From a virus (taxonomy: Duplodnaviria > Caudoviricetes): a stretch of 64,000 nt of DNA. The notes below the pieces were generated by a model. It ran no database searches and was not told where the DNA came from. It worked only from the letters and a program-made list of their open reading frames with translations. The stretch is from positions 524 through 64,523 of the IMG/VR virus record IMGVR_UViG_3300010885_017808, one strand, 5' to 3'. The position numbers were made by a program, and so were the translations under genes. Each line of letters starts with the position of its first letter. Within the stretch, counting starts at the first letter, position 1. This document shows, piece after piece, positions 48,627 through 58,516 of this stretch.

Positions 48627-49157
48627 TTAAGGAACTGATGGAACAAGTGCATGATCTTCCACTGCTCGCCGCAGCAGATTCTCTACCAATTGATTAAGAG
48701 TAAGATCCTGTGCGTGTGCCATTTTCATGAGCTCGTACATCTCATTGTCTTCTAGAGTCAAGGGTACTTGAACACGAGTATCGTATTCTTGACCTTCAAT
48801 CATAGCTAGAGCTTTTTCCAATAGATCATCGGCTAGTTCTAAATCAATATAGTTATCTGAATCAATGGCATTTGCAAAATCAAGTCCTCGATTTTTGTAT
48901 TCATCTTTAACCGCATCAATGTAGTCGGGATTGATCCAACGATAATATCGAGTGGTGGCATAGTCCCAAGCTTCTAATTGATAAACAGTTTGATCGTGTT
49001 TATCGAAAGTACAATTAATAGTGTAGCCACCGTCGTCATGTAGACCATTCCAACTATCTAATTGATAAGCATTGGGTCCGTAACAATCCCAACAGTAGTC
49101 CGATCCTTCGGTTATTTTGTATTCAATTGTTTCTAAAAAATCTTTAATATCAGTCAT
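48627..49157 (-). CDS. hypothetical protein, C-terminal RHH/HicB-like
   Basis: LMKMAHAQDLTLNQLVE. Confidence 0.6.
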   Translation of the reverse strand: MTDIKDFLETIEYKITEGSDYCWDCYGPNAYQLDSWNGLHDDGGYTINCTFDKHDQTVYQLEAWDYATTRYYRWINPDYIDAVKDEYKNRGLDFANAIDSDNYIDLELADDLLEKALAMIEGQEYDTRVQVPLTLEDNEMYELMKMAHAQDLTLNQLVENLLRRAVEDHALVPSVP

Positions 49158-49941
49158 TGCTATCTTCCTTGGGGTTTGTGGGTAATTCAACATCGTGTGC
49201 ATCTACACTATATGACTTTTTCTCTCGCATGTATTTCATCCAACCACTAAAAGCCATGTCGTGCAGATAAGATAGACCGAAATATCTCTTTCGAGTAACA
49301 TCATTCGGTGCGCCCGTGTAGGCAGTAATTGCCTCACGTTTAAAAGGAACAACCTGTACAAGAGGTTCTCCCATTTTAATCATAGTTTGTTTTGGCTCTT
49401 TAAGCATGATATTAATAGGGCTTTGTATCGCTCCAATATCGTGATCAATAATGCCCGGCAATGCTTCCCAATTATTTGTATCATTATAATAGTACATTGG
49501 AAAGTACATCAAACTATAACCTTCAGCGGCCCACATGTACCACGGGTTATCTAATTTAACGCTCATCCTAACATTAAATTTAGTGGACATAAAGTCTTGT
49601 ATCACAGCAGGCGGATGATTCCCTGGTTTAAATTTAGGATGACTATAACGAACTGATACATTCTGTCCGTCAGGTGATGGATTAATTTCCATATCGCACC
49701 AAGCTGGAATTACAAATCCCGAACTACAAAAATCTACAATACCAGGACATGACTTGATAGTTTTAACACTGTCGAGTACATGCTCTTTTTTTAGAAGATA
49801 CGTTTCCATATCCTTAAATGACAACGGCAGAAATTTCTTTGCTGGTTGAATAGGTGCATACTTTCTAATAGCCCATTCATCACAGGTAAAATAAATCTGA
49901 TGTTGCTCTTTCTTTTTAAACGGCCACATTTTTAACTCCAC
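49150..49941 (-). CDS. hypothetical protein (dUTPase-like beta-clip?)
   Basis: TIKSCPG..GFVIP..GEPLVQVVPF. Confidence 0.55.
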   Translation of the reverse strand: MELKMWPFKKKEQHQIYFTCDEWAIRKYAPIQPAKKFLPLSFKDMETYLLKKEHVLDSVKTIKSCPGIVDFCSSGFVIPAWCDMEINPSPDGQNVSVRYSHPKFKPGNHPPAVIQDFMSTKFNVRMSVKLDNPWYMWAAEGYSLMYFPMYYYNDTNNWEALPGIIDHDIGAIQSPINIMLKEPKQTMIKMGEPLVQVVPFKREAITAYTGAPNDVTRKRYFGLSYLHDMAFSGWMKYMREKKSYSVDAHDVELPTNPKEDSND

Positions 49942-49950
49942 AATATTCTT

Positions 49951-50346
49951 TTAGTATAACACAGGTTCAACCGTAGTCTCGCCTTGTAGGGTCATCCACA
50001 CTTCTTTTTCTTCTGTATAAATCAAGCCGTGTTCTTCTAGTACAGTTCTACGAGCCTGTGGTTGCATCTTCAACCAACGGGCAACTACATCATAACTACC
50101 TTGACTTTCACGAGGAGCACAGTCTAAAATCCACCCTCCTAGATTCTTCAATGCTTCTATGGTATTACTAGGATGACTGCGACTAATAGCACTGTGGAAG
50201 TCGTTGGCTAGCACACTAGTAAAGAAGCTGCCGGGTTCATATCCATACACAAGATAGTAGTACATGGGATCAGCAAAGTCTTTGGACACGGCCCACTTGG
50301 CAAAAGTAGCCAACAGTAGATTGCGACTGTAGTCTGTTAGTTTCAT
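49951..50346 (-). CDS. hypothetical protein
   Basis: EPGSFFTSVLAND. Confidence 0.6.
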   Translation of the reverse strand: MKLTDYSRNLLLATFAKWAVSKDFADPMYYYLVYGYEPGSFFTSVLANDFHSAISRSHPSNTIEALKNLGGWILDCAPRESQGSYDVVARWLKMQPQARRTVLEEHGLIYTEEKEVWMTLQGETTVEPVLY

Positions 50347-50349
50347 TCT

Positions 50350-50580
50350 TCAACTCTCAAAGTGCTTGATGATTAAGTTAAGGGCATTGATAGCCACAGT
50401 GTTACCTGTTACGTCTTCGGGATGTAGCCATACACCATCTGGATTATCTTCTGTACGGGGGTTCTTACGCCACGCAGTCAATTCTTTTGTGAGATAACTC
50501 TTGTACTCTTTCAAGTTCAGCAGGGTAATACGATCTGCTGTTTCACCGTCTAAGGTAATGGGTCCAATACGTTTGCTCAT
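50350..50580 (-). CDS. hypothetical protein
   Basis: WLHPEDV. Confidence 0.6.
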   Translation of the reverse strand: MSKRIGPITLDGETADRITLLNLKEYKSYLTKELTAWRKNPRTEDNPDGVWLHPEDVTGNTVAINALNLIIKHFES

Positions 50581-50783
50581 TCTTCAACTCCGAAATGTGC
50601 CATAATCTGATTACGAACCTCATACTCGCCACCCTCATACAGATGACCAATGTCAGCGCATTCCCGCACAATCAACTCAGCGAAACAACTAAGTCTTGTC
50701 TTTTCTGCAAATTCAGAAAACGATTCTTCGCCATCAACATTAAGCCCTGACATACGAGCAAGTTCTTTAATTCGTTCGTTCAT
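50577..50783 (-). CDS. MNERI..FAELIVREC..HFGVEE family protein, copy 1
   Basis: Paralog of 50984-51235. Confidence 0.7.
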   Translation of the reverse strand: MNERIKELARMSGLNVDGEESFSEFAEKTRLSCFAELIVRECADIGHLYEGGEYEVRNQIMAHFGVEE

Positions 50784-50786
50784 CGG

Positions 50787-50987
50787 TCAGCCTCCCCAAG
50801 GACAATGGTTTGCTTTCAGTGTAATCTTCCATCCGGCAGTTGCTTTTCTAATCTCTTTATTTTCATGGGGATATTCATCTATCACTTCAACAGGATACCC
50901 AGCATCACGTAATGCTCGTTCAATGATTAGCATTTCATTACCAATACATTCGCCAGGTCCCGTGACCTGCACAGTGACGTTAATCAT
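50787..50987 (-). CDS. hypothetical protein
   Basis: Ends HCPWGG. Confidence 0.55.
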   Translation of the reverse strand: MINVTVQVTGPGECIGNEMLIIERALRDAGYPVEVIDEYPHENKEIRKATAGWKITLKANHCPWGG

Positions 50988-51235
50988 TCTTCAACTCCGA
51001 AATGTTCTTTAACATAACGCTCCACTTGAACAGTAATATCTTCATTGCTGTTCACATCCAAATACCGCCTGTAGAAGTCAACAATACATTCCCTAACAAT
51101 CAGCTCGGCGAACTTTTCTAATGTAATCCATTCATCCTTGCTATCAGTTTCGACAGTTTTACACTCGTGTGTTTCTGTTAAGTCATACAAGTAATAACCA
51201 GCCTGTTCAGCAAGTTCTCGAATTCGTTCGTTCAT
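50984..51235 (-). CDS. MNERI..FAELIVREC..HFGVEE family protein, copy 2
   Basis: Paralog; upstream sigma70 promoter. Confidence 0.7.
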   Translation of the reverse strand: MNERIRELAEQAGYYLYDLTETHECKTVETDSKDEWITLEKFAELIVRECIVDFYRRYLDVNSNEDITVQVERYVKEHFGVEE

Positions 51236-51303
51236 AATAACTTTCGGTGTAAGTCTAACTAGTATACATTCATACCTGTTGTATGTCAACATAAATAAAT
51301 TAT

Positions 51304-51990
51304 ATGACGCCGTATCTAACTATTCCGTTTTCCTTTAGCAACAGTTCATTAGCATGGGTTAAAAATAAAATGGCACCCATTTTTGAAAACTATCAAAAAA
51401 ATGCACCAGAAGATGCATCACTGATCGAATTGCCGCATGAGGAAACACAAGATTGGTACAATTCGAGTGTTTACAACGAAGTATTGGACCATCTAAAATT
51501 ATTTGGCATTACAGAAAAACCAATAATACAATTTTTTGTATATAAAAAACTAGAACAGCCATTGCCACTTCCTTGGTTGGGTAATCCTCATTTTGACACA
51601 TTTAAAGGAATTGATAATATTGTAACATATCGACTTAACATCTTAATTGAAGGAGATGATGATACTGAAATGGTATGGTGGAACATTCACGATAGACAAA
51701 ACGATCCTCGTTTACATAATGTTAAATTTCCTTGGCATAAAGATAAAACTCAGTTTCTTGTTAGATGTCAACCACATGGGGAAACAAACGAAGAAAAATG
51801 GGAAACTGTTGGAAAGCCTGATTGGTCTAAAACAGATCTACTAAAACAAAACACTTATGCTAGTTTTGTTAGAACAGACTATCTCCATGCATTAAATTGG
51901 AGTGGAAAGAATCCTCGTGTAGTTCTAACTCTTAGATTTTTAGAGCCTTGGGATACTACTATAGAAATACTTAGAAACCAGATTGAGTAG
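51304..51990 (+). CDS. hypothetical protein (possible DSBH oxygenase)
   Basis: PHFD..LH..RVVLTLRF; TAAATA upstream. Confidence 0.55.
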   Translation: MTPYLTIPFSFSNSSLAWVKNKMAPIFENYQKNAPEDASLIELPHEETQDWYNSSVYNEVLDHLKLFGITEKPIIQFFVYKKLEQPLPLPWLGNPHFDTFKGIDNIVTYRLNILIEGDDDTEMVWWNIHDRQNDPRLHNVKFPWHKDKTQFLVRCQPHGETNEEKWETVGKPDWSKTDLLKQNTYASFVRTDYLHALNWSGKNPRVVLTLRFLEPWDTTIEILRNQIE

Positions 51991-52264
51991 GAGTTGGTTG
52001 TGCAGGCTTGGCTGCAGATCTTGCCTGGGGTTTAGGAGCAAACTTGCCGCGAACATCACGTATCTTAGGACGACGGACAACACCCGTTTTTTGTTGATCA
52101 GCTGCTATTTCACAGCCTTTATTAAAGCTAGGATTTGATGAGTTACATGCCGATGTGCCTTTGTTTTGCATTGCATATGCATAACCGGCACTGTGTCCAC
52201 CACAGTCTTTGGTACACTTACTGCCGTGAAATGATAGTTCATTAAGTAATTCGTTTAATCGCAT
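51971..52264 (-). CDS. putative head-internal protein (CTS-like N-terminus)
   Basis: MRLNELLNE; CTKDCGGH; TAAATA 5 nt upstream. Confidence 0.55.
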   Translation of the reverse strand: MRLNELLNELSFHGSKCTKDCGGHSAGYAYAMQNKGTSACNSSNPSFNKGCEIAADQQKTGVVRRPKIRDVRGKFAPKPQARSAAKPAQPTPTQSGF

Positions 52265-52272
52265 GTAGATAT

Positions 52273-52464
52273 TTATCCGCAGTCAATTCTCCAAGGACAT
52301 CTCATCAATGTGTCGGTTGAACAGTCATCTTCGCCCCAACATACAGGTGCATCTGTTCCGCGAAGCTGTTTGATTTCGGCATGTATAATCCAACGGAAGT
52401 CGTTATTCTGTCCGCGATTAGACAGTTCAGCTTCTTTGTCTAATAACTCCTGAATGTGCGACAT
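52273..52464 (-). CDS. hypothetical protein
   Basis: Coupled ORF with Cys motif. Confidence 0.5.
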   Translation of the reverse strand: MSHIQELLDKEAELSNRGQNNDFRWIIHAEIKQLRGTDAPVCWGEDDCSTDTLMRCPWRIDCG

Positions 52465-52706
52465 TATGATTTATGCAGTTCTTGCCACATTAAAAACTGT
52501 TTAAAAGCATTGTATACTGTTTCAGCTTCTTTATCGTCTTGAGTGATTTGTACACCTCGTACCCAAAAACCTTCATCAGTAATCTTTATCATCTCAGCGT
52601 CACCTGATGTTAATACGATGTTATCAGGAATAGGATCTTTAAGAGTAACAGTTGCCCATGATCCTACAATTTTATCTAATGTATTTAGATTGCTGTTATA
52701 CGCCAT
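52464..52706 (-). CDS. hypothetical protein
   Basis: Coupled ORF. Confidence 0.55.
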   Translation of the reverse strand: MAYNSNLNTLDKIVGSWATVTLKDPIPDNIVLTSGDAEMIKITDEGFWVRGVQITQDDKEAETVYNAFKQFLMWQELHKS

Positions 52707-52942
52707 TATTTGAATTCTTTTATATTGTTAGGATTGATGATAATAAAACTGTGAATCTTATCTTGATATTTAATAGGCAAATCTAGATGTACACTTACTC
52801 GCGGACCTTCGATTTCATTAATCAATGTATCGTTGCCCACAGTACCAACAAAGGGAATCTTATTCCATTTACCGGTAACACGATCGCCAATTTGCCATTT
52901 TCCTTGATATCTATTCTTGGCAAAGTATTCTGCTAGATTCAT
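52706..52942 (-). CDS. small SH3-like protein
   Basis: IGDRVTG..IPFVGTV. Confidence 0.6.
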   Translation of the reverse strand: MNLAEYFAKNRYQGKWQIGDRVTGKWNKIPFVGTVGNDTLINEIEGPRVSVHLDLPIKYQDKIHSFIIINPNNIKEFK

Positions 52943-53202
52943 TCGTGACTATCTTTAATAGTTGTAAACAGTTCTTGTTTTTCTGTTTTATACTTAGTCC
53001 ACTGTTCTTTAGCACCATCCCATACCCACCATTTAAAAGTGAACATAAAAACTACACCCATAGGTATCATACCTAAAAACTGAGAGTATGGTGGAGGTGC
53101 AACAATGCTAGCACCAATGAATGAACATGAGCAGATAAAACATTTTTGCCAAAACTCCCACTTATTCCATTGCCATGTAATAAAATCTAATAGTTCTTTC
53201 AT
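52939..53202 (-). CDS. small membrane protein
   Basis: 2 hydrophobic segments. Confidence 0.55.
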   Translation of the reverse strand: MKELLDFITWQWNKWEFWQKCFICSCSFIGASIVAPPPYSQFLGMIPMGVVFMFTFKWWVWDGAKEQWTKYKTEKQELFTTIKDSHE

Positions 53203-54510
53203 TTAGATCTTCTCCCCAGCCTTGAAGCCACGGAATCGCAGGAAGCGTGGAAAACGCAGACTATATGTGCCGTCTTGATTTTGTGTTATAGCATCAGCAC
53301 GGACTTCGACTACCTGCCCGTCTACCCTGCACTCCCAAAACTCGTCACGGTCTTTGTCCGAGAAGCCCGAACCCACATTCACTTTAATAGTCTTGCCATC
53401 CTCTACACCCTCACATACTAGGGCACCCATCTTGCCTGCATTACGGCCTGTACCTTCTTCTGTTTCAATTACAGTAAGACTAACTTCAATAAAGGGCTTT
53501 TGCTTGAGCCAAGATGTAGATCGTTTGCATTCATATTTAGAATCTGGATCTTTGATCATAATACCTTCAAAGCCTTCAGCAACCATCTTCTTGTTGTAGT
53601 CTCGATATTCAATGTCGCCCAAGAACTCGTCTAGGTTAACTTCAATCTGCGGAATGATTTCAAGACAGCCGCTATCCCCAAAGAGCTTGCTGAAATTCTC
53701 TTTAAGGAACTTAGAACGTCGACGCTGTCCCATCACACTCTTGCCAGCTTTGAACTCTACAAGTGGAACAACATCGAACAAACATAGACGTGCATCTTGT
53801 GCCTGCACATCTGATTTACGATGGACCTGCTTCATAAGGTCCTGGAATGAATGACTAACAACTTCGCCGTCGAATACAGTACTACGACCAATCTCTTCAA
53901 TATGATCTTGTAGGTATTGAGTAATGTGACTAAAGTTTTCAAGTACCTTGCCGTTACGTGTATACATTGTAACAGTACGACTCTCATAGTCCACTACAGT
54001 GATAGCACGAACACCATCCAACTTAGGCTCGAGTAGTTTCTTGCCTGTAATCTTCTTTTCGTGATTAGCACCATCATGTGCCAACATACATTCAAACACA
54101 GGCACAGGTGCAATGTCTGTACCTTTGAGTACTTTGTTTACAGTCTTTTCACTAACTCCACAACGTAAATCTTTTATAAGAATTCTACGATAGAAGTCGT
54201 TCCACTGTTGTTTAGAAGCCACACTCATTGCCAATTGGATAGCATCGCGAGCAGCATGCCCTGTTAGTTGTCGACGATATAAGCTGTCGGCTAGTTCTTT
54301 AAAATTGTCCCAGCTGAGTCCTTGCCCGTCTACTTCACTGACAGGAACTTCTTTAACACCAAAGGTATAAAGATTATCAAGAGCCATTCGAACACCTTCG
54401 AAGAACTCCGGCAAGCCTTCTTTGGCTGCTTCGGCTAGGATAGCTTCTTTAGCAAGACGACTGTTGTCTGCTTCTAGCTTTTGAATAATAACTTGAGGTT
54501 GGGTACGCAC
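53203..54510 (-). CDS. ATP-dependent DNA ligase
   Basis: EPKLDGVR, FDGE, EGIMIK, SLRFPRF; GTG start after AGGAG. Confidence 0.93.
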   Translation of the reverse strand: MRTQPQVIIQKLEADNSRLAKEAILAEAAKEGLPEFFEGVRMALDNLYTFGVKEVPVSEVDGQGLSWDNFKELADSLYRRQLTGHAARDAIQLAMSVASKQQWNDFYRRILIKDLRCGVSEKTVNKVLKGTDIAPVPVFECMLAHDGANHEKKITGKKLLEPKLDGVRAITVVDYESRTVTMYTRNGKVLENFSHITQYLQDHIEEIGRSTVFDGEVVSHSFQDLMKQVHRKSDVQAQDARLCLFDVVPLVEFKAGKSVMGQRRRSKFLKENFSKLFGDSGCLEIIPQIEVNLDEFLGDIEYRDYNKKMVAEGFEGIMIKDPDSKYECKRSTSWLKQKPFIEVSLTVIETEEGTGRNAGKMGALVCEGVEDGKTIKVNVGSGFSDKDRDEFWECRVDGQVVEVRADAITQNQDGTYSLRFPRFLRFRGFKAGEKI

Positions 54511-54573
54511 GTTTTCTCCTAACAATTTAAACTATACGCATAGTATAGCATCGTTAGGAGAAACTGTCAATCG

Positions 54574-55449
54574 TTATTCTTCGACAAAAAAGTTTAGGAT
54601 AACTTTATCGGGATTGTATAAGTCTGTACGCTCTGCAGGAATCATAAATCGATCCATCATCTTCTTAACGTAACACCACTCAGGTCCGCGAATGATACCG
54701 TCCGCTGTTGTGATAATATAATTGCGACTATTAAAATAATCAAACAAGTCTTGAATCTTAGAACCAAATGCTCTAGGCTGTGTCTCTACACATTCAACTT
54801 GTACAATTGGACGATTAGTTGCAATTGTTTGATCCGCACCTTTAAGAACTTCTAGCTCGTAACCTTCTACATCAATTTTAATAATGTCTACGTTCTCGAA
54901 GTGGTAGCTGTCTAGTGTATGTTGGGGAACACTAACACGTTGGTAGCCTGTATTTGCTTTAACTGTTTTACCTGTAGGTGTAGAGTAGCCGTCATTAGAT
55001 ACACGATTGTGTCCGTCGTTCTTTTTAATGTGCATTTCTACAGTACCAGGCACTGGTCCTAGAGCAACGTTCTCTGTTTGTATCTGTCCTGTTGGCAATA
55101 AACTTGCCCAACCGTTACCATCATTGAACCAACCTTTAGTTGGATCTTGATGTTGTATGTTTAATGCAATATTGTCTATAGCAATTTGATATGTAGTAGG
55201 TACTGGTTCGAACCCTACAACCTTCTCTGCAAATGTTGCATACTCAAGTGTGTTCATACCTATGTTCATACCAATGTCAAGTACTGTCCTAGGCCTGGGA
55301 CATAGATGGCGAAGATGTAATAGATTTTGCTTTTGATAAGGGCCTGCTTGTAGTCGTTGTGTATAGAAGCTATCGCTATCCCACAACCAGTATTGTCTGC
55401 CTATCTTGTTTGTAATTAGAATTTTTTGTGTTTGTGCCTGTACAGTCAT
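54574..55449 (-). CDS. FkbM-family methyltransferase
   Basis: LDIGMNIG, FEP, IKIDVEGYE. Confidence 0.85.
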   Translation of the reverse strand: MTVQAQTQKILITNKIGRQYWLWDSDSFYTQRLQAGPYQKQNLLHLRHLCPRPRTVLDIGMNIGMNTLEYATFAEKVVGFEPVPTTYQIAIDNIALNIQHQDPTKGWFNDGNGWASLLPTGQIQTENVALGPVPGTVEMHIKKNDGHNRVSNDGYSTPTGKTVKANTGYQRVSVPQHTLDSYHFENVDIIKIDVEGYELEVLKGADQTIATNRPIVQVECVETQPRAFGSKIQDLFDYFNSRNYIITTADGIIRGPEWCYVKKMMDRFMIPAERTDLYNPDKVILNFFVEE

Positions 55450-55508
55450 AAGTTCTCCTTGTGTGTATTATATATGGTCGCAGGAGAAAAGCCAAGGCAA
55501 AACTGGCC

Positions 55509-56057
55509 TTAGATATCCCATACTTGGAATAGACTTTCTTCGGTATTATTACAGAATGGAATCATTCCGTACTTGGCTTCATAGGCGCCCATAAGCTGAT
55601 CTTCGAGCGCATCAAACTTGTCAGTGAACCAAAAAGCAACTTCAACGTCATCAAAGTTAGTTAAACCTTTTTCCAATCGAAGTTCACGATACTTGGCAAA
55701 GTATTCTGTAGTACCCACACCCTTGTTCCATTTGTCTGTGCCATCTAACTTAACACCATGCTTCCAGATGCGATCGCTAATGTCTTTGCCCTTACCAATA
55801 TAGAATCCATTTGGAAAGATACTATCGCGCAGAATGTAGATACCCGGCTTGCCTTCTTGTAGTGGGCAAGAACGAGTATCTAGACTTTCAGTTAGTGCAG
55901 TTTTGGCAAAGGTAGCTGTACCGCCGTACTTTTTATTACGCAGCCGCCAACCGCAATCAGTATGAGTGCGTTCTTTGCTGTTGCGATCTTGTTCGTAGAG
56001 TTCGTAAACATCTCCAACAAACTTATAAAACTTAGTGCGATTTACCTTTGCCATCAC
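55509..56057 (-). CDS. GIY-YIG-like endonuclease
   Basis: PGIY..FYIG..R...H..LE..N. Confidence 0.65.
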   Translation of the reverse strand: MMAKVNRTKFYKFVGDVYELYEQDRNSKERTHTDCGWRLRNKKYGGTATFAKTALTESLDTRSCPLQEGKPGIYILRDSIFPNGFYIGKGKDISDRIWKHGVKLDGTDKWNKGVGTTEYFAKYRELRLEKGLTNFDDVEVAFWFTDKFDALEDQLMGAYEAKYGMIPFCNNTEESLFQVWDI

Positions 56058-56107
56058 GAGCCTTTGCTATTAATATGTTAGCAGTATAACATCAATGATG
56101 TAGTTTG

Positions 56108-56572
56108 TCAACCAATGATAGATTTTCTGCCATCATTATTGATAACAGTTTTAACCCAATGACAGAATGAACAATAAGCATTAGTATTCTCGGCACTGTT
56201 ATCACCACCGTCGGCTTTTCGAAAGTCGTGATCTCCGTGATTGTATCTACGTTTAACTTCATGCTTCTGTTGTTCATTTAGACTAGTGTTAAAGAACTTT
56301 TCCGCTTTCTCCCAACGAGGATCATCGTTAATATCTTGTCCGCAACACGCACAAGTATCTGCTCGATGAAACGTATGCGGACGATCAAGTCTTCCGTATC
56401 CGCCATATTCTCTTTGTTGTAGCTGATGCTCTCTACACAACGCTTCTGAACCTGGTCCTAACATTGTAGTTAAAGTTTGCCCGCATCCAGGAATAGCGCA
56501 AACAGTGCCTAATTCTAATTCTTTCCTTATCTGTTTAAAGGGTTTTGGTTGATCCCATTGTCCATCCCTCAT
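56108..56572 (-). CDS. Zn-binding HNH endonuclease
   Basis: CACCG..HGDH..GG.N..N...CSFCH. Confidence 0.7.
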   Translation of the reverse strand: MRDGQWDQPKPFKQIRKELELGTVCAIPGCGQTLTTMLGPGSEALCREHQLQQREYGGYGRLDRPHTFHRADTCACCGQDINDDPRWEKAEKFFNTSLNEQQKHEVKRRYNHGDHDFRKADGGDNSAENTNAYCSFCHWVKTVINNDGRKSIIG

Positions 56573-57774
56573 AGAAACAGATCTCCAGAATCGGGTCTAA
56601 ATTCTGATCCTGACCGAGCATCTGGGAACAAGTGATGTGGAAGATCCTTTTTCAATTGTTCTACTAAGAACGGATAACCGTGATTAGGTTCTTTATAGAA
56701 ATGTGGTGTAGTACCGTTTCCTACAGTAAGATTATGCCATCCGATGTAGGCCATGTTACATTGCACCCAGAAATTGCTCATAGGACTAAAGTCTGCATTC
56801 CAATGACGTTTGGCTACTGATGCAATATCATATATAAATGTAGTATCTACTTTAATTTTGTCCCGACGGCACTTGTCAAAGAAATAACACATCATAACCA
56901 TTTCTTTTTCTTCCACTGGGCGACCGGTTGCTCCAACGGCTACAAGGTATTCACACAGCCAGTTCAACGACTCTACTGACATTTTGTTAACTTCTTGCAT
57001 ACGACTAATAGCACCGTCTTCTTGATCGTCTCCAAACTTCTTGCTAGTCAAAAACAAACCATGTGACTCGACAACAGCTTGCTTCATTTCTGCCCAAACC
57101 CATTCTGGATTAGTGTTTTTATCAATACGTACACCATAGACCATTTGTTCAAATAAGTCAAACTGATCTAGTTGTCGACTACCGTCGTTGCTGTTCAAAG
57201 ATACAAAACCGCTACGCATCTCTGATTTATAGTGGCTGTCATATATGTTAACAGGGATAGTAACATTCTCTGGGTCTTCTCCAAACACTTGAGTTGCAAT
57301 CAACCAAAGTAATACTATAGTATGCTGGCCATCCCATGCTAGATATTCTTCAATAGAGGAATCAGGTTGATATACTTGGATAGGAACAACGCGAGTAGTA
57401 GTGAACTTGTTAAACAGTTCCAACACCCATTCGATGTTTAGTAGTCTCTGCATAGTTGCATCGATCTTAACCGTAACCATTCCTGTATTGTGTGCTTTAG
57501 CTAGGCGTCTCTCAACGTCCTTCCATGTGAGCAAAGACGGATTGCGTCGACGAAACTCTGCAATTGCAGCAGACAACATGTGCAGAATTACCTTTTGTTG
57601 TCTAGTGGGAAGATTATTGTAAGTCTCGTCCCAACGCTCTTTAATTGTAAGAACTTGACTACTGCTATTATTAAATCTAGCATTTTTGATATCGGCATAT
57701 GATTGCTGAGTTTGCGGAATTGCAACTACAGCCGTAGGCGTGCCGAAAGCGCCATTGGTACTTGTTACTAACAT
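56569..57774 (-). CDS. ParB/Srx-like (DGQH) domain protein
   Basis: IDATMQR..AWDGQHT. Confidence 0.6.
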   Translation of the reverse strand: MLVTSTNGAFGTPTAVVAIPQTQQSYADIKNARFNNSSSQVLTIKERWDETYNNLPTRQQKVILHMLSAAIAEFRRRNPSLLTWKDVERRLAKAHNTGMVTVKIDATMQRLLNIEWVLELFNKFTTTRVVPIQVYQPDSSIEEYLAWDGQHTIVLLWLIATQVFGEDPENVTIPVNIYDSHYKSEMRSGFVSLNSNDGSRQLDQFDLFEQMVYGVRIDKNTNPEWVWAEMKQAVVESHGLFLTSKKFGDDQEDGAISRMQEVNKMSVESLNWLCEYLVAVGATGRPVEEKEMVMMCYFFDKCRRDKIKVDTTFIYDIASVAKRHWNADFSPMSNFWVQCNMAYIGWHNLTVGNGTTPHFYKEPNHGYPFLVEQLKKDLPHHLFPDARSGSEFRPDSGDLFL

Positions 57775-57874
57775 TTTGGTATCTCCAGTTTTGTATAGTA
57801 CCAGATGCAATGGAACATCTGATAATCTATTTTAGCAAAACTGAAGATACATTTGCAATAGTAATGATTACCAA

Positions 57875-58387
57875 TTATTCTAGATACGTTGCCCAACTTG
57901 GATGTTGGTAATGGAAACCACGCTTCTTGCGTTTTTCTGCAAGGTCCCAAAAGTGAGGCTTGTATGGTGTTAACTTAGGTTTAAATTTACCTACATGAGC
58001 AGCCTTGCGATAGTTGCAGGGTTTGCATGCCGTAGTGGAGTTTTCCCAGGTAGTCTTTCCGCCTTTGCTCACGGGCAATACATGATCCAATGTTGCAGAT
58101 TGATCTGTAACAGCAGTGCCACAGTACTGACATAGATACTCGTCTCGCAAGAATATATTACGCTTGCTCATGCGCATTGTGTGTTTGGGTTTCTGATAGT
58201 CCTTAAGCATTACTACAGCAGGCACACGAGTTTGCCAATTGGCAGAATGAACTATCCAATCGTCGTGCCACTCTACTACCTCAATCTTATCCAGAACGAG
58301 ATATCGAATGGCTTCTTGCCAATCTACAATAGATAATGGTAGAATGCTAACAGGTTGCATGTCTGCATTCAATAATAGTGTGCTCAT
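57875..58387 (-). CDS. HNH endonuclease (McrA-like)
   Basis: RDEYLCQYCG..TLDHVLP.SKGG..WEN..CKPCN. Confidence 0.88.
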   Translation of the reverse strand: MSTLLLNADMQPVSILPLSIVDWQEAIRYLVLDKIEVVEWHDDWIVHSANWQTRVPAVVMLKDYQKPKHTMRMSKRNIFLRDEYLCQYCGTAVTDQSATLDHVLPVSKGGKTTWENSTTACKPCNYRKAAHVGKFKPKLTPYKPHFWDLAEKRKKRGFHYQHPSWATYLE

Positions 58388-58516
58388 TTTATTTTAAATT
58401 GTCCGTGGACAAGTATTTAACTCCAGTGTTCATTATATAGTCAGATTACTTGCAAATCAAGGACTTTTTGTATAAACTATACAACACACTGAAATTTTTC
58501 TTAAAAGGACTCACGA

